NCBI RefSeq assembly: GCF_964194155.1 | Contig: NC_135888.1 | Span: forward strand, 118,606,001-118,670,000 | Direction: 5' to 3' | Length of the DNA: 64,000 nt | Source: Cetorhinus maximus | Lineage: Eukaryota | Shown here: piece after piece, positions 36,871-49,009 of the stretch | How positions within the stretch are numbered: the stretch's first letter is position 1 | Layout of the letters: the number at the start of each line of letters is the position of its first letter | Translations under genes and position numbers: made by a program | The notes under the pieces: model-generated | Databases searched by the model: none | What the model was told of the DNA's origin: nothing | Seen by the model: only the letters and a program-made list of their open reading frames with translations

Positions 36871-38046
36871 CTTCAGGACAAAGATTTTTTATCAGAAATG
36901 GGAAAAAGGGGGGAAATAAGAATAAGCAGAGAACAGAAAAGTTGTCAGCATAAGGAAAGTTAGAAACCCTCTTTAAATGATGGAAGAAGAAGGACCTATT
37001 GCTGATACTATTTCTTTAAGGGACTTTCTGTGGTGAGAATACCCCTTTAATAAGTAAACTTCTTGAAACAAATCCTTTAGATTAAATAAAGACAGTATAA
37101 ATAGTACGCATTACATCAAAGGGAGAGGGATTAATGGTGAAAGTGATGAGAGAATGTTTTAGACCGTAAAAAATAAGGTGGAAATTGCATTTAAAAGTGT
37201 GCAAGTCAAGGAACGGATTAAAAGATTAACTCTCAGGCCAGGGAATTTACATGGAAGATAGCTGAGAACATCATTCTGTCAATTGCAAGTTTGATGGGAT
37301 GCTGCAACTTGGAAGATGATAATGATGGGCTTGAAGCAAGGAGGGAGTGAAGATTCAGGTGCTTAAAACTATTAAGGAATGTAGTTAAATACAAGCTGTC
37401 TCCTTCAAATCGAATCAACCTCAAAGCACTCAAAATCATTACTAATAGATGGAGGAATAAAATCAAGATCTGTTGCGATGGAGGGGGAAGGGATCAGAGA
37501 GAGTGACAGAGAAGATATATATGGAATATAAAATGAGGTTATTATGAAGTGAGTCATAATGGTATGCATTTGTTGAGAGACAAAACAGAGGCACAACGCT
37601 ACAAAATATGATCCTTAAATGGAACATTCAGGAGAGATTACCTTCAAAAACAAACCCAGAAGAAATGATGAAATGGAACAGAAACAAAAGATGCGAATTG
37701 TGCATTAAAAATTCCTCCTTTTTCTGGATCTCTGCTTGCCCTCTTGCTATGACAACCCATTTAAGATTGGCAACGGCCTACAGAAAAATTTAGAGTGTGA
37801 ATGCACAAACCCCCCTCATTTCATTGTCCCCAATCTCAAGAGCAGAACTCCTTAAATAAATGCCTCAGAAAGTCATGGAATTCTATGTTGAGAAAATGGA
37901 TGGCACAAATTGGATTGCCTGAGGACTGTGATTCAATGCACCATCTGCATCTCCTTATATTACAGAATATCTGCCAGCTTCCAATTTATCATGGGAGGGT
38001 ATAGGGGTTGGTAAGGTCCATTCTGCAACTCAGTATAGATTTCTCA

Positions 38047-38313
<267 letters not shown>

Positions 38314-39184
38314 TTAATACATCTGAAACCTGAAAACACATTAAGGCAGCAAATTCTATATGAAGGATTGATTTGAGTCTGCCAGTTAGTACTGTATGAA
38401 TATAACCTTTAGTTGCTAAAGCTATTCAATGATTTGATGCTAAAAAAGGATAAAGTGTGACTTTTGTACTTATTAAACTAAATCTCCAATGTAATACCTT
38501 TTGACCATAAAGTAATCCATGTTAGAGTGACTGATGAAGCAGGCAAATCAATTTCAAAAACTAAATGAGTGTCTTATGAACCAAAAGGGAAAATTACAGA
38601 GTACCTTCCAAACTTTTTTGCCACAAATTAAATTAGGAGTAATTAGATAAAGCTTATTGTTGCTGCTGCTGGACTTTTGCATCAGTGACTCCTGTCTCCA
38701 GCACTTTGTTGAGCTTCTTATTCTCCTACTTCAGTAATCTCTTGTTAAGTGTCCTCAGTTTATCAACTTTTGATGGGTTCTGGTTCCATGGGTGGCAAAT
38801 GACCATTCTTAACAGGTGATTTGGACAATGAGAATCTGGATCTGTACTATGCACCATTCCTATCAATTCTGAAATTAAGCATCATGCTCCGACTACTGAA
38901 TTTGGTCTTCATTGGTAGTACTAAACAGTTGATAGTGAATGGACAGTGTATTTTCAATCACATCCCATTTTTATTCCATTGTGAAAAATGGATCGTAGTT
39001 TCATTACCACCATCTTCTGCTGGCGCCGAAGACCAATTTCACCCCCTTGATCTTATTAATCAATCATTAGAATGTTTACTTGCATAAAGAGAGATCCGCT
39101 ATTTTGTACTTTTTTTTTCTTATCCTACCTCTCTTGCCACTTTTCCAAATGTTTATTATTTCCTTTGTAAACCTTTTTTAAAAA

Positions 39185-39480
39185 TTTGTTCTTGGGGTGT
39201 GAATGGCACTGACAAGGTCAGCATTTATTGCCCATCCCTAACTGCTCTTGTGATGGTGGCGGTGAGCCATCTTCTTGAATTGTCCATGAGTTGTAGGCAT
39301 ACCCATGGTGCTGTTGGGGAGGGAGTTCCAGGATTTTGACTGAGCGACCGTGAAGGACTGGCAATTTAGTTCCAAGTCAGGGTGGTGCGTGCCTTGGAAG
39401 GTAATTTGCAGGTGGCAGTGTTCCCATGCCTCTGTTATCCTTGTTCTGATAGGTGGTACAGGGTTTGGAAGGTGCTGTCC
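39185..39480 (-). mobile_element. 3' fragment of the 40200-43387 LINE family
   Basis: GCATTTATTGCCCATCCCTAA..GGGAGTTCCAGGATTTTGAC blocks. Confidence 0.75.
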
Positions 39481-40199
39481 CTTCTCTCCTGAGCATCTCC
39501 TGAGCCCCTATAATTTCATGTCTGAATTAATATTTGTCATGTTTATCATTTACATGGCTTAATTGTGTCCTCCAACATATACACACACAGATTTTTCAAT
39601 TGGGACCATTGAATGCTGACCAGAATCAGGAATCCTAAATGGTTTTTCTTGTCTAATTTGATACAGCGGCCAACATTGTGCCCAGGCTACCTCTGAGTGA
39701 ATTCAGCACCAATCAGCATTTGGAGCTTTGGAAAGTAGAAGAGTGAACAAGACCGTAGGTCAGATTCTTAAGTGCTTTTACTTTATTTTCACAATTGTCT
39801 CAGCCTATCATGTTACCTGTAGTTGTATACTTCAGGAACAACCTCTAGTTTTACTGTTAGTCTCTGCTTTATTTTTAACTCTTCCTCCTCATCTGGTGGA
39901 ATATAGATCCACTCCTAATCACTTTCTTATGCCTCTTATACCTACCCAAACTGTTTGCAAATAATCCTTACCCAGAATAGGAGGCGCTAACTCAAGTTTG
40001 ATCAAGTTTTCTTTCGCTTAAAAGTTATTCAGACATTCAAAACCTGATTGCGTTGGCTCATCCCCATTTTGCAGCAGTGATGGTTTCCAGGTGGCATGGG
40101 TGAGAAGCGATCATTTCTGTGTCTACCTCAATTCAACTTGTCTTAACAAAAGGAGGCTGAATTAGCAGGAAGATGCCATCCACTAGAATTCCTGCATGA

Positions 40200-43100
40200 G
40201 GGGGGGTGGTGGCATAGTGGTAATGTCACTGGATTAGCAATCGAAAGGCCTGGGCTAATGTTCTGTGGACACGGGTTCAAGTCCCAACACTTGAATGCCA
40301 TTTATAAATCTGGAATCTAAACAAAAAGCTAGTCTCGGTAATAGTGACTATGAAATCATTGTCAATTGTCGTAAAAACCCATCAGGTTCACTAACGCCCT
40401 TTAGTGAAGGAAATCTGCTGTCCTTACCTGGTCTGGCATTAAGAGTCAATGTGGTTGACTCTTAATTCCCTCTGAAATGGTCAAGCAAGCCACTCGGTTG
40501 AATAAACTGCTAAGAAAGTCTAAAAGGAATGGAACCGGACAAACCACCCGGCAACGGCCTAGGCACCAGAAACGGCAACAGCACACCCAGCCCTGTTGCC
40601 CCTGCAAAGTCCTCCTTACAAACATCTGAGAACTTGTGCCAAAATTGGGAGAGCTGTCCCACAGACGAGTCAAACATCAGTCTGACAGAGACAAACTCAT
40701 GGAATCATACCTTACAGACACTGCCCCAGACACCACCATTACCATCCATGGCTATGTCCTGTCCCACCAGCAGGACAGACCCAACACAGTGGTATACAGA
40801 GGAAGTTGCTATGGGAGTCCTCAAGATTGTCTCCGGACTCCATGAAGTCTCATGGCATCAGGTCAAATACAGGCAAGGAAACCTCCTGTGGATTACTATG
40901 TACTGCCTCCCCTTCAGCTGCTGAATCAGCACTCCTCCATGTTGAACACCACTTGGAAGAAGCGCTGAAGGTGGCAAGGGCACCTTCTAGATGGGTCCAT
41001 CACCATGAGTGGCTCAGTAGCACCACTACAGACGGAGCTGGTCGAGTGCTAAAAAATATAGCTGCTAGACTGAGTCTGCAGCAGGTTGAGAGAGCCAACA
41101 AGGAAAAACCTACTTGAACTCATCCTCACCAATCTACCTGTCACAGATGCATTTGTCCATGACAGTATTGGTAGGAGTGACCACTGCACAGTTCTGTCTT
41201 CACATTGAGAATGCCCTCCATCGTGTTGTGTGGCATTACCACCGTGCTAAATGGGAAAGATTTCAAACAGATCTAGCAACTCAAAACTGGGCATCCATGA
41301 GGCACTGTGGTCATCATCAGCAGCAGCATTGTATTCAACCACAATCTGTAACCTCATGGCCCAGCATATCTCCCACTTAACCATTACCACCAAGTCAGGG
41401 GATCAACACTGGTTCAATGAAGAGTGCAGGAAGGCATGTCAGGAGCATAACCAGGCACATCTAAAAATGAGGTATCAAACTGGTGAAGCTACAGTACTAC
41501 TTGCATGCCAAACAGCAAAAGAAGCACGTGATAGACAGAGCTAAGCGATCCCACAACCAACAGATCTAAGCTCTGCTGCCTTGCCACATCCAGTTGTGAA
41601 TGATGGTGGACAATAAAACAATTAGCTGGAGGAGGAGGCTCCACAAATATCCTCATCCTCAATGATGGGGGTGCCCAGCACATCTGTGCAAAAGACAAGG
41701 CTGAAGCACTTGCAACAATCTTCTGCTAGAAGTGCTGAGTGGATGATCCATCACAGCCTTCTCCTGAGACCCCAGCATCACAGATACCAGTCTTCAGCCA
41801 ATTTGATTCACTCCACTTGATATCAAGAAATTTCTGAAAGCACTTGATACTGCAAAGTCTATGGGCCCTGACAACATTCTGGCAATAGTACCAAAGACTG
41901 GTGCTCCAGAACTAGCTACTCCCCTAGCCAAACTGTCCTAGTACAGCTACAACACTGGCAACTACCGAGCAATGTGGAAAATTGCCCAGGTATATCCTGT
42001 CTGCAAAAGGACAAATCCAATCCTGCCAATTACCGCCCCATCAGTCTACTCTTGATAATCAGCAATGTAATGGAAGAGGTTGTCGATAGTGCTATTAAGA
42101 CCCCCACTCAGCAATAACCTGCTCAACATGCTCATTTTGGGTTCTGCCAGGGCCCATCAGCTCCTGACCTCATTACAGCCTTGGTCCAAACATAGAAAAA
42201 AGAATTGAACTAAAGAGGTGAGGTGAGAGTGACTGCCCTTGACATCAAGGCAGCATTTGACCGAGTATAGCATCAAGGAGCCCTAGCAAAACTGGGATTA
42301 ATGGGAATCAGGGGGAAACTATCCACTGGTTGGAGTCATACCTAGCACAAAGGAAGGTGTTTGTTATTGTTGGTGATCAATCATTTCAATTCCAGGACAT
42401 CGCTGCAGGAGTTCCTCAGGGTAGTGTCCTAGGTCCAACCATCTTCAGCTGCTTCATCAATGATCTTCCCTCCATCATAAGGTCAGAAGTGGAGATGTTT
42501 CTGATGATTGTACAATGTGCAGCACCATTTGTGACTCCACAGATACTGAAGCAGCCCATGCCCATAAGCAACAAGACCTGGATAACATTCAGGCTTGGGC
42601 TATTAAGTGGCGTAACATTCGTGTCACACAAGTGTCAGGCAATGATCATCTCCAACAAGAGAAAATCCAACCATCTGCCCTTGACAGTTAATGGCATTAT
42701 CATTGCTGAATCACCCACTATCAACATCCTGGGGGTTACCATTGACCAGGAACTGAACTGGACCAACCATAGAAATATTGGTGCTGCAAGAGCTGGTCAG
42801 AGACTGGGAATTCTGTGGAGGGTAGCTCACTTCCTTACTCCCCAGAGTCTGTCCACTATCTATAAGGCACAAGTCAGGAGTGTGATAGAATACTCTCCAC
42901 TTGCCAGAATGAGTGCAGCTCCATCAACACCCAAGAAGCTCGATACCATCCAGGACAAAGCAGCCTGTTTGATTGGCACTCCATCCACCATCTCCAACAT
43001 CCACTCCCTTCACCACCGACATATATTGGCAGCAGTGCATACCATCTACTAAATGCACTGCAATAACTCACCAAGGCTACTTCGACAGCACCTTCCAAAT

Positions 43101-43387
43101 CTGCGACCTCCACCACCTAGATGGACAAGGGAAGCAGATGCATGGGAACACCATCCCCTTCAAGTTCCCCTTCAAGCCACACACCATCCTGACTTGGAAC
43201 TACCTTGGCGTTCCTTCATTGTCTCTGGGTCAAAATCCTGGAACTCCCTTCCTAACAGCACTCTAGGTGCTCCTACCATATATGGTCTCCAGCTGTCAAA
43301 AAGGTGGCTCACCACCAAGGGCAATTAGGGATGGGTAATAAATGCTGGCCTAGCCATCAATGCCCACATCCCATGGAGGAAAAAAAA
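40200..43387 (+). mobile_element. Near full-length single-ORF LINE (APE plus RT, CR1/L2/Jockey supergroup, clade unresolved) preceded by a tRNA-like Pol III head
   Basis: A box TGGCATAGTGG (40210-40220), B box GGTTCAAGTCC (40274-40284). EN from about 40600 (ESYL, GYVLSHQQDR, GRSDH). RT: MGPDNI, NYRPISLL, ALDIKAAFDRV, GVPQGSVLGP. Tail CAATTAGGGATGGGTAATAAATGCTGGCC then A-run. Frameshifted. Confidence 0.85.
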
Positions 43388-44794
43388 GTCTCACCTCTGG
43401 CGACTGAACATACTGTCTGTCTGCATGAAAGCAGACATGGGATGCGCTCCGAGATTCTGAAAAGCCAGTTCTTTACAACAGCTAATCTCAAAGTGTCTGG
43501 CTGCAATAAAGAAAGTAGCTTTTCTGGAAGAATGCATACTTAAATCTTTTTAGTTTTGGTGAACCTGGTTTCTAGCAGATTGTCAACACCTCTATTTCTG
43601 GCTGCCACCACCTCCTGAACCATCTAGTGGTTAAAGCATCTGCACCACTCTGGAAACTACCAATTTTATCACTGCTTCACCCTGGGAATTCTTATGGGAT
43701 CAGGCTGTCCATTTGCCGGCTTGGAGAAAGTCCTGCCCTTTCATTGTTATGGCGAGGGAGCAAGGACACAGAATTCAGTTACCTGTATTAGCTAATATAT
43801 TAATTTCTCACACAGTATTGTTTAATAACTCTTGCCAACCAGTTTCCCTGATGGTATAGTTGATATTGAGCTCTTAACCAAGATGATCTATGGGAATTAA
43901 ATATATTAAATGCAAACATTAGCTCCAACTCGCTTTTAAAAGGGATGCTTAATAGAGAGACTCAATCTGCTGTATGTATAGTGGTTACTTAAAAATCAGA
44001 TTTAATTTGTGTGATTTTATGGACAGCTGAATGAAGACACACTGTTTTGACTGACAGGTTAATTATATTTCGAAAAGTCAGTGACAAAAATATGTCACAG
44101 ATTGAAGAAAATCTAGCACCAAGAACTGCAACTTATGGTTAATCAAAAGCGTGATAGACTTGATCAGGAAACATCAAAAAGAACAAACAAAGATAAAAGG
44201 TAATGGAACAATAATTAGTACTGTTCCTTACAGATCCTATCTTTTCAAAAGAAGATCTTTACCTTTGAAAAATAAAGATGCTTTTTTGAAATCTAAGAAT
44301 TCTTTTGGATAAGTTAAAGAAGTTCAAAAAGGAAACCATCACATTTCAAGAAAAAAAGAACTTCCATTGCATGGAAACAAGTTAAATTTCTCTCCGAGTG
44401 GAACTCAAAACTGCCACTTTCACTGCTGTGTAGGACAGAAAAAAACAATTAAAGGCATGAAGTGTAAACTATGATATGCTAACAACTTCCATCTTTCAAA
44501 TTAAGCAACAACCTGGGCAGGAAATCGGGACAGTTTGCACCAGTTTTTTGGGTGCTATGAGCACCCTTAAAGCTCCAGAATGGCTCCTATGATGTACGTG
44601 CACAGTTTGGGGTGAATCACACTCGACGCCATATAAGTGAGGCGTGAGCAGATGTGCAGCAAATGGCTTTCAGGTGTATGCAGTGCAAGTACATCGTGAT
44701 GTCATTCTGCATCAGATGCTGATTTGATGTCAGCGGTGTCAATTTGCAGCACAAACCTCCAGCCAATGTCCTTTCTTAAACTTGCACAGGCTTT

Positions 44795-45440
44795 TTTTGT
44801 TTCTTTCATGGGATGTGGCCATCGCTGGCTCGGCTGGCACTTTTATTGCCCATCGCTAATTACCCTTGAGAAGGTGGTGGTGAGCTACCTTCTTGAACCG
44901 CTGCAGTCCATGTGGTGCAAGAACGCCCACAGTGCTACTCAGGAAGGAGTTCCAGGAGTTTGACCCAGCAACAGTGAATGACAGGCCATATAGTTCCAAG
45001 TAAGGATGGTGTGAGGCTTGGAGATGGACTTGCAGGTGTGGTGTTCCCATGCGTCTACTGCCCTTGTCCTTCAAGGTGGTAGAGGTCGCGGGTTTGGAAG
45101 GTGCTGTTGAAGGAGCCTTGGTGAGTTGCTGCAATGCATCTTGTAGATGGTACACACTGCTGCCTATATATGTCGGTGGTGGAGGGAGTGCATGTTGGAG
45201 GTGTTGGACGGGGTGCCAATCAAACAGGCCGCTTTGCCCTGGATGGTGTTGAGCTTCTGGAGTGCTGTTGGAGCTGCATACATCCAGGCAAGTGGAGGAT
45301 ATTTCATCACACTCTTGACTTGTGCCTTGTAGATGACTTTGGGGAATCAGTATTTGCAGTATCAAATGCTTTCAGCCATTTATTGATATCAGGTGGAGTG
45401 AGTCGAATTGGCTGAAGATAGGCATCTGTGATGCTGGGGA
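44795..45440 (-). mobile_element. LINE 3' fragment (40200 family)
   Basis: GSNSWNSFLSS..KKVAHHHLLKGN* plus tail. Confidence 0.85.
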
Positions 45441-45534
45441 CCTCAGGAGAAGGCCATGCATTCAGCAGCAGGAAGAGCCCTCCAATGTGCTTTTTACAGG
45501 GAGCTTCGTCTACTTACAGGTTAGTTGCTGGTTG

Positions 45535-45978
45535 ACAAAGCAGCCCGCTTGGTTGGGATTCTCTCCATCACCTTAAACATTCACTCCCTCCACCACTGAC
45601 GCACAGTGACAGCAGTGTGTACTATCTACAAGATGCACCGCAGCAACTCACCAAGGCGCCTTCGACAGCACGTTCCAAACCTGCAGCCTCCACCAGCTAG
45701 AAGTACAACGGCGCAGGTGCTTGGGAATACCACCATCTGCAAGTTCCCGTCCAAGCAACATACCATCCAGACGTGGAACTATATCGCCGTTCCTTCACTG
45801 TTATTAGATCAAAATCCTGGAACTTCCTTCCTAATAGCACTGTGGATGTATCTAACTCACATGGGCTGCAGTGGTTCAAGAAAGTAGCTCACCACCACCT
45901 TCTCATGGGCAATTAGGGATGGGCAATAAATGTTGGCCTAGCCAGCGAAGCCCACATCCCGTGAAAGAATTAAAAAGA
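45535..45978 (+). mobile_element. LINE 3' fragment (40200 family)
   Basis: AVCTIYKMH..LRQHVPN; tail CAATTAGGGATGGGCAATAAATG..GAATTAAAAA. Confidence 0.85.
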
Positions 45979-46099
45979 TATCTTCTAACTTTTGCTTAGA
46001 TTCTGCAATTGTTTGGTGTTTTGTCTAGTTGTTTAAAGTTTCAAAAGTCGATTGAGTTATGTGGTAGGTGCTGAAGGACATTTATGCTGACTGCAAGGT

Positions 46100-47150
46100 T
46101 TCTGCACAAACCACTTGCTCCCAGGAATGCTGCACTAGTAGCCATTCTCCTTGGAATACACCATGATTTGGCTAATGAACAGAGATGCAGAGCAGGCTAC
46201 GCTGCAGGAAGGAGGAGAAGGAGAGGGAGAAGGGCTCTCAGCAGGAGGCCTTATCCTTCCAGGGTGCTCAGAGAGCAATTCTCCTATCTGGACCTCAGTG
46301 GGGAACAATGTGTGAAACTTCCGCATTTCACTAAGGACATCCTTACTGAAATCTGCCAGCTGCTGTAAAATCAGAGCAGGGCATAGGATCGCAATGTCAG
46401 TGGCCATGAAGGTGACTGTGGACATGTGATTTTATGCATCTGGCTCCTTCCTGACTGGAGCTGGAAATATTTGCAACATTTTGCAGTTTGCTGTCTGCTG
46501 TCATGTAAGGAGGGTCACTGTAGCTCTGTCTTCCAAGATAGTCAACTCTATTTCATTCTTCCTTATAAGAGTAGTCAGAATGAGCAAATGACTTTATTAG
46601 GATTGCAGGCTTCCTCATGATGCAGTGTGTTATTGACTGCACACACATCACTTTGCAGGTGCTGCAAGCCAACTCTGCTGTATACCAGAACCAAAAGGGG
46701 TTTCATTCCCTCAACATCCTGCTGGCGTGTAACCATATGCAACAATACCTGGCACAGTCACGCTGCCTTTGTTCTGTGGGAATTTGAGACAGCATGGCAA
46801 ACCAAAGGGTGGACCCCTGGGCATCAAGGCTATCAACTGACCACATGGCTGATGACTCTATGGTACATACAACAGAAGTCATGCTGCCACATGAAAAGTT
46901 ATTGGGCTGACCACTGGTGTGCTGAAACAATGTTTTCGCCGCCTGGACTGCTCTGTACCTGGCAGAATGTGTATAAGATCTGTGGAGGTCTGCTGCATGC
47001 TGCACAATGTCACCATCATGGATGGGTAGCCCTTGTCACCAGCTATACGGTGAGCAGCTGAGGAGCAGAAGGATGAGGAGAAGGTGAAGCAAGAAGAGGA
47101 AGGGAGGTGGTAACCTAAGCAGCCCTTTCTGACAGGCTGTCCAGTCAGAA
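46100..47150 (+). pseudogene. Harbinger DDE transposase, highly decayed (element B, left end about 44515)
   Basis: RRPYPSRVLREQFSYLDLS..FTKDILTEICQLL, IDCTH, KGFHSLN, GHQGYQL and CCMLHN in shifting frames. Confidence 0.75.
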
Positions 47151-47454
47151 TTGAACAGTGATACCCGTAACCACAAACACAATTCCCCATTTACTAATTC
47201 GCCCAAACCTTACACTCTCCCCGTCACTGACCTCTCAGCATCCATTTGGCCACAATGCAAAAATAAAAACCATCACAAAATAAACATTTCAAACGAAATT
47301 TATAAACAAAAACCTAGGCCATTTTGCAAACAAAAGTCACAAATCACCCTTGTGCCTTCCCTTAGCGCTTATCTTCTGTGCATCTTTTCCTGTCCTGTGC
47401 TCCTACACCTCAGTTACTGCAGCATGGTTGGTGGAAGACTGCTGACTTTCAGTG

Positions 47455-47965
47455 GAACATGAGAAACAGGAGCAGGAGTAGATCATTCAACACTTGAGCC
47501 TGCTCCGAGATTCAATAAGATCATGGCAGATCTGATTGTGGCTTTTACTCCACTTTCCTGCCTGCACCCAATAACCCTTGACTCCCTTGTCAATCAAAAA
47601 TTTGTCGAACTCAGCCTTAATATATTCAATGACCCAGCCTCCACTGCTCACTGGAGAAGAGAATTCCATTCGCTAATCAGCCTCTGAGAAAAGAAATTCC
47701 TCCTTAACTCCATTCTAAATGGGAGACACCTTATTTTTAAACTGTGTCACCAGTTCTAAATTCCCCAATAAGGGGAAACATCCTCTAAGCATCTACCGCA
47801 CACCAAGACCCTACAGAATCTTATTTGTTTCAATAAGATCACCTCTCATTCTTCTAAATTGCAATGAGTATAGGCCCAAACTACTCAATCTTCCCTCATA
47901 AGGCAGACCCCTCATGCCAGGAATCAGCCTAGCGAACATTGTCTGCACTGCTTCCAATGCAAGTA
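47455..47965 (-). mobile_element. CR1 3' fragment
   Basis: LRGDLIET, FSQRL, KAEFDKFLIDKGVKGY plus CR1 3' UTR. Confidence 0.8.
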
Positions 47966-47969
47966 AGAT

Positions 47970-49000
47970 TTTTTTTTCAATCATGGGATGTGGGCGTCGC
48001 TGGCTAGCTAGGCCAGCATTTATTAGCCATCCCTAATTGCCCTTGAGAAAGTAGTGGTAAGCTGCCTTCTTGCCCACAGTGCAGTTAGGGAGGGAGTTCC
48101 AGGATTTTGACCCAGCGACAGTGAAGGAACGGTGATATATTTCCAAGTCAGGATGGTGAGTGACTTGGAGCGGCACCTCCAGGTGGTGGTGTTCCCATGT
48201 GTCTGCTACCCTGGCCTTTCTAGGTGGTGGCAGTCGTAGGTTTGGAAGGTGCTGTCTAAGGAGCTTTGGTGGTGGTACACACTGCTGCCACTGTGCATCG
48301 GTGGTGGAGGGAGTGAATGTTTGTAGATGGGGTGTCAATGAAGTGGGCTGCTTTGTCCTGGATGGTGTCAAGCTTCTTGGGTGTTGTTGGAGCTGCACTC
48401 ATCCAGTCAATTGGAGAGTATTCCATCACACTCCTGACTTGTGCATTGTAGATGGTGGACAGGCTTTGGGGAGTTAGGAGGTGAGTTTCTCGCCACAGGA
48501 TTCCTAGCTTCTGACTTGCTCTTGTAGGCACAACATTTATATCGCGAGTCCAGTTCAGTTTTTTGTCAATGGTAATTCCCAGGATGTTGATAGTGGGGGG
48601 CTCAGTGATGGTAATGCCATTGAATGTCAAAGGATGATGATTAGATTCTCTCTTGTTGGAGATGGTCATTGCCTAGTACTTGTGTGGCATGAATGTTACT
48701 TGCCACTCATCAGCCCAAGCCTGGATTTTGTCCAGGTCTTGCTGCATTTGGACATGGACTGCTTCAGTATCTGAGAAGACACGAACGGTGATGAACATTG
48801 TGCAATCATCAGCGGACATTCCCACTTCTGACCTTGTGGTGGAATGAAAGTCATTGATAAAGCAGCTGAAGATGGTTAGGCCTAGGACACTACCCTGAGG
48901 AATTCCTGCTATGATATCCTGGAACTGAAATGATTGATCTCCAACAACCACAACCATCTTAGTTTGTGCTAGGTATGACTCCAGCCAGCAGAGAGTTTTC
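47970..49000 (-). mobile_element. LINE 3' 1-kb fragment (40200 family)
   Basis: GIPQGSVLG..ADDCT..QVRSVMEYSP..LDTIQDKAA plus tail. Confidence 0.9.
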
Positions 49001-49009
49001 CCTCCTTAA

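Noticed and set aside
36960-37560. Purine-rich stretch that may be a very old LINE remnant
   Set aside because: Too degenerate to assign a family or strand without a profile search.
40205-40290. Possible genuine tRNA gene (also 2066-2135)
   Set aside because: A and B boxes are present, but there is no convincing cloverleaf or T-run terminator, and the sequence continues into a retroposon body.
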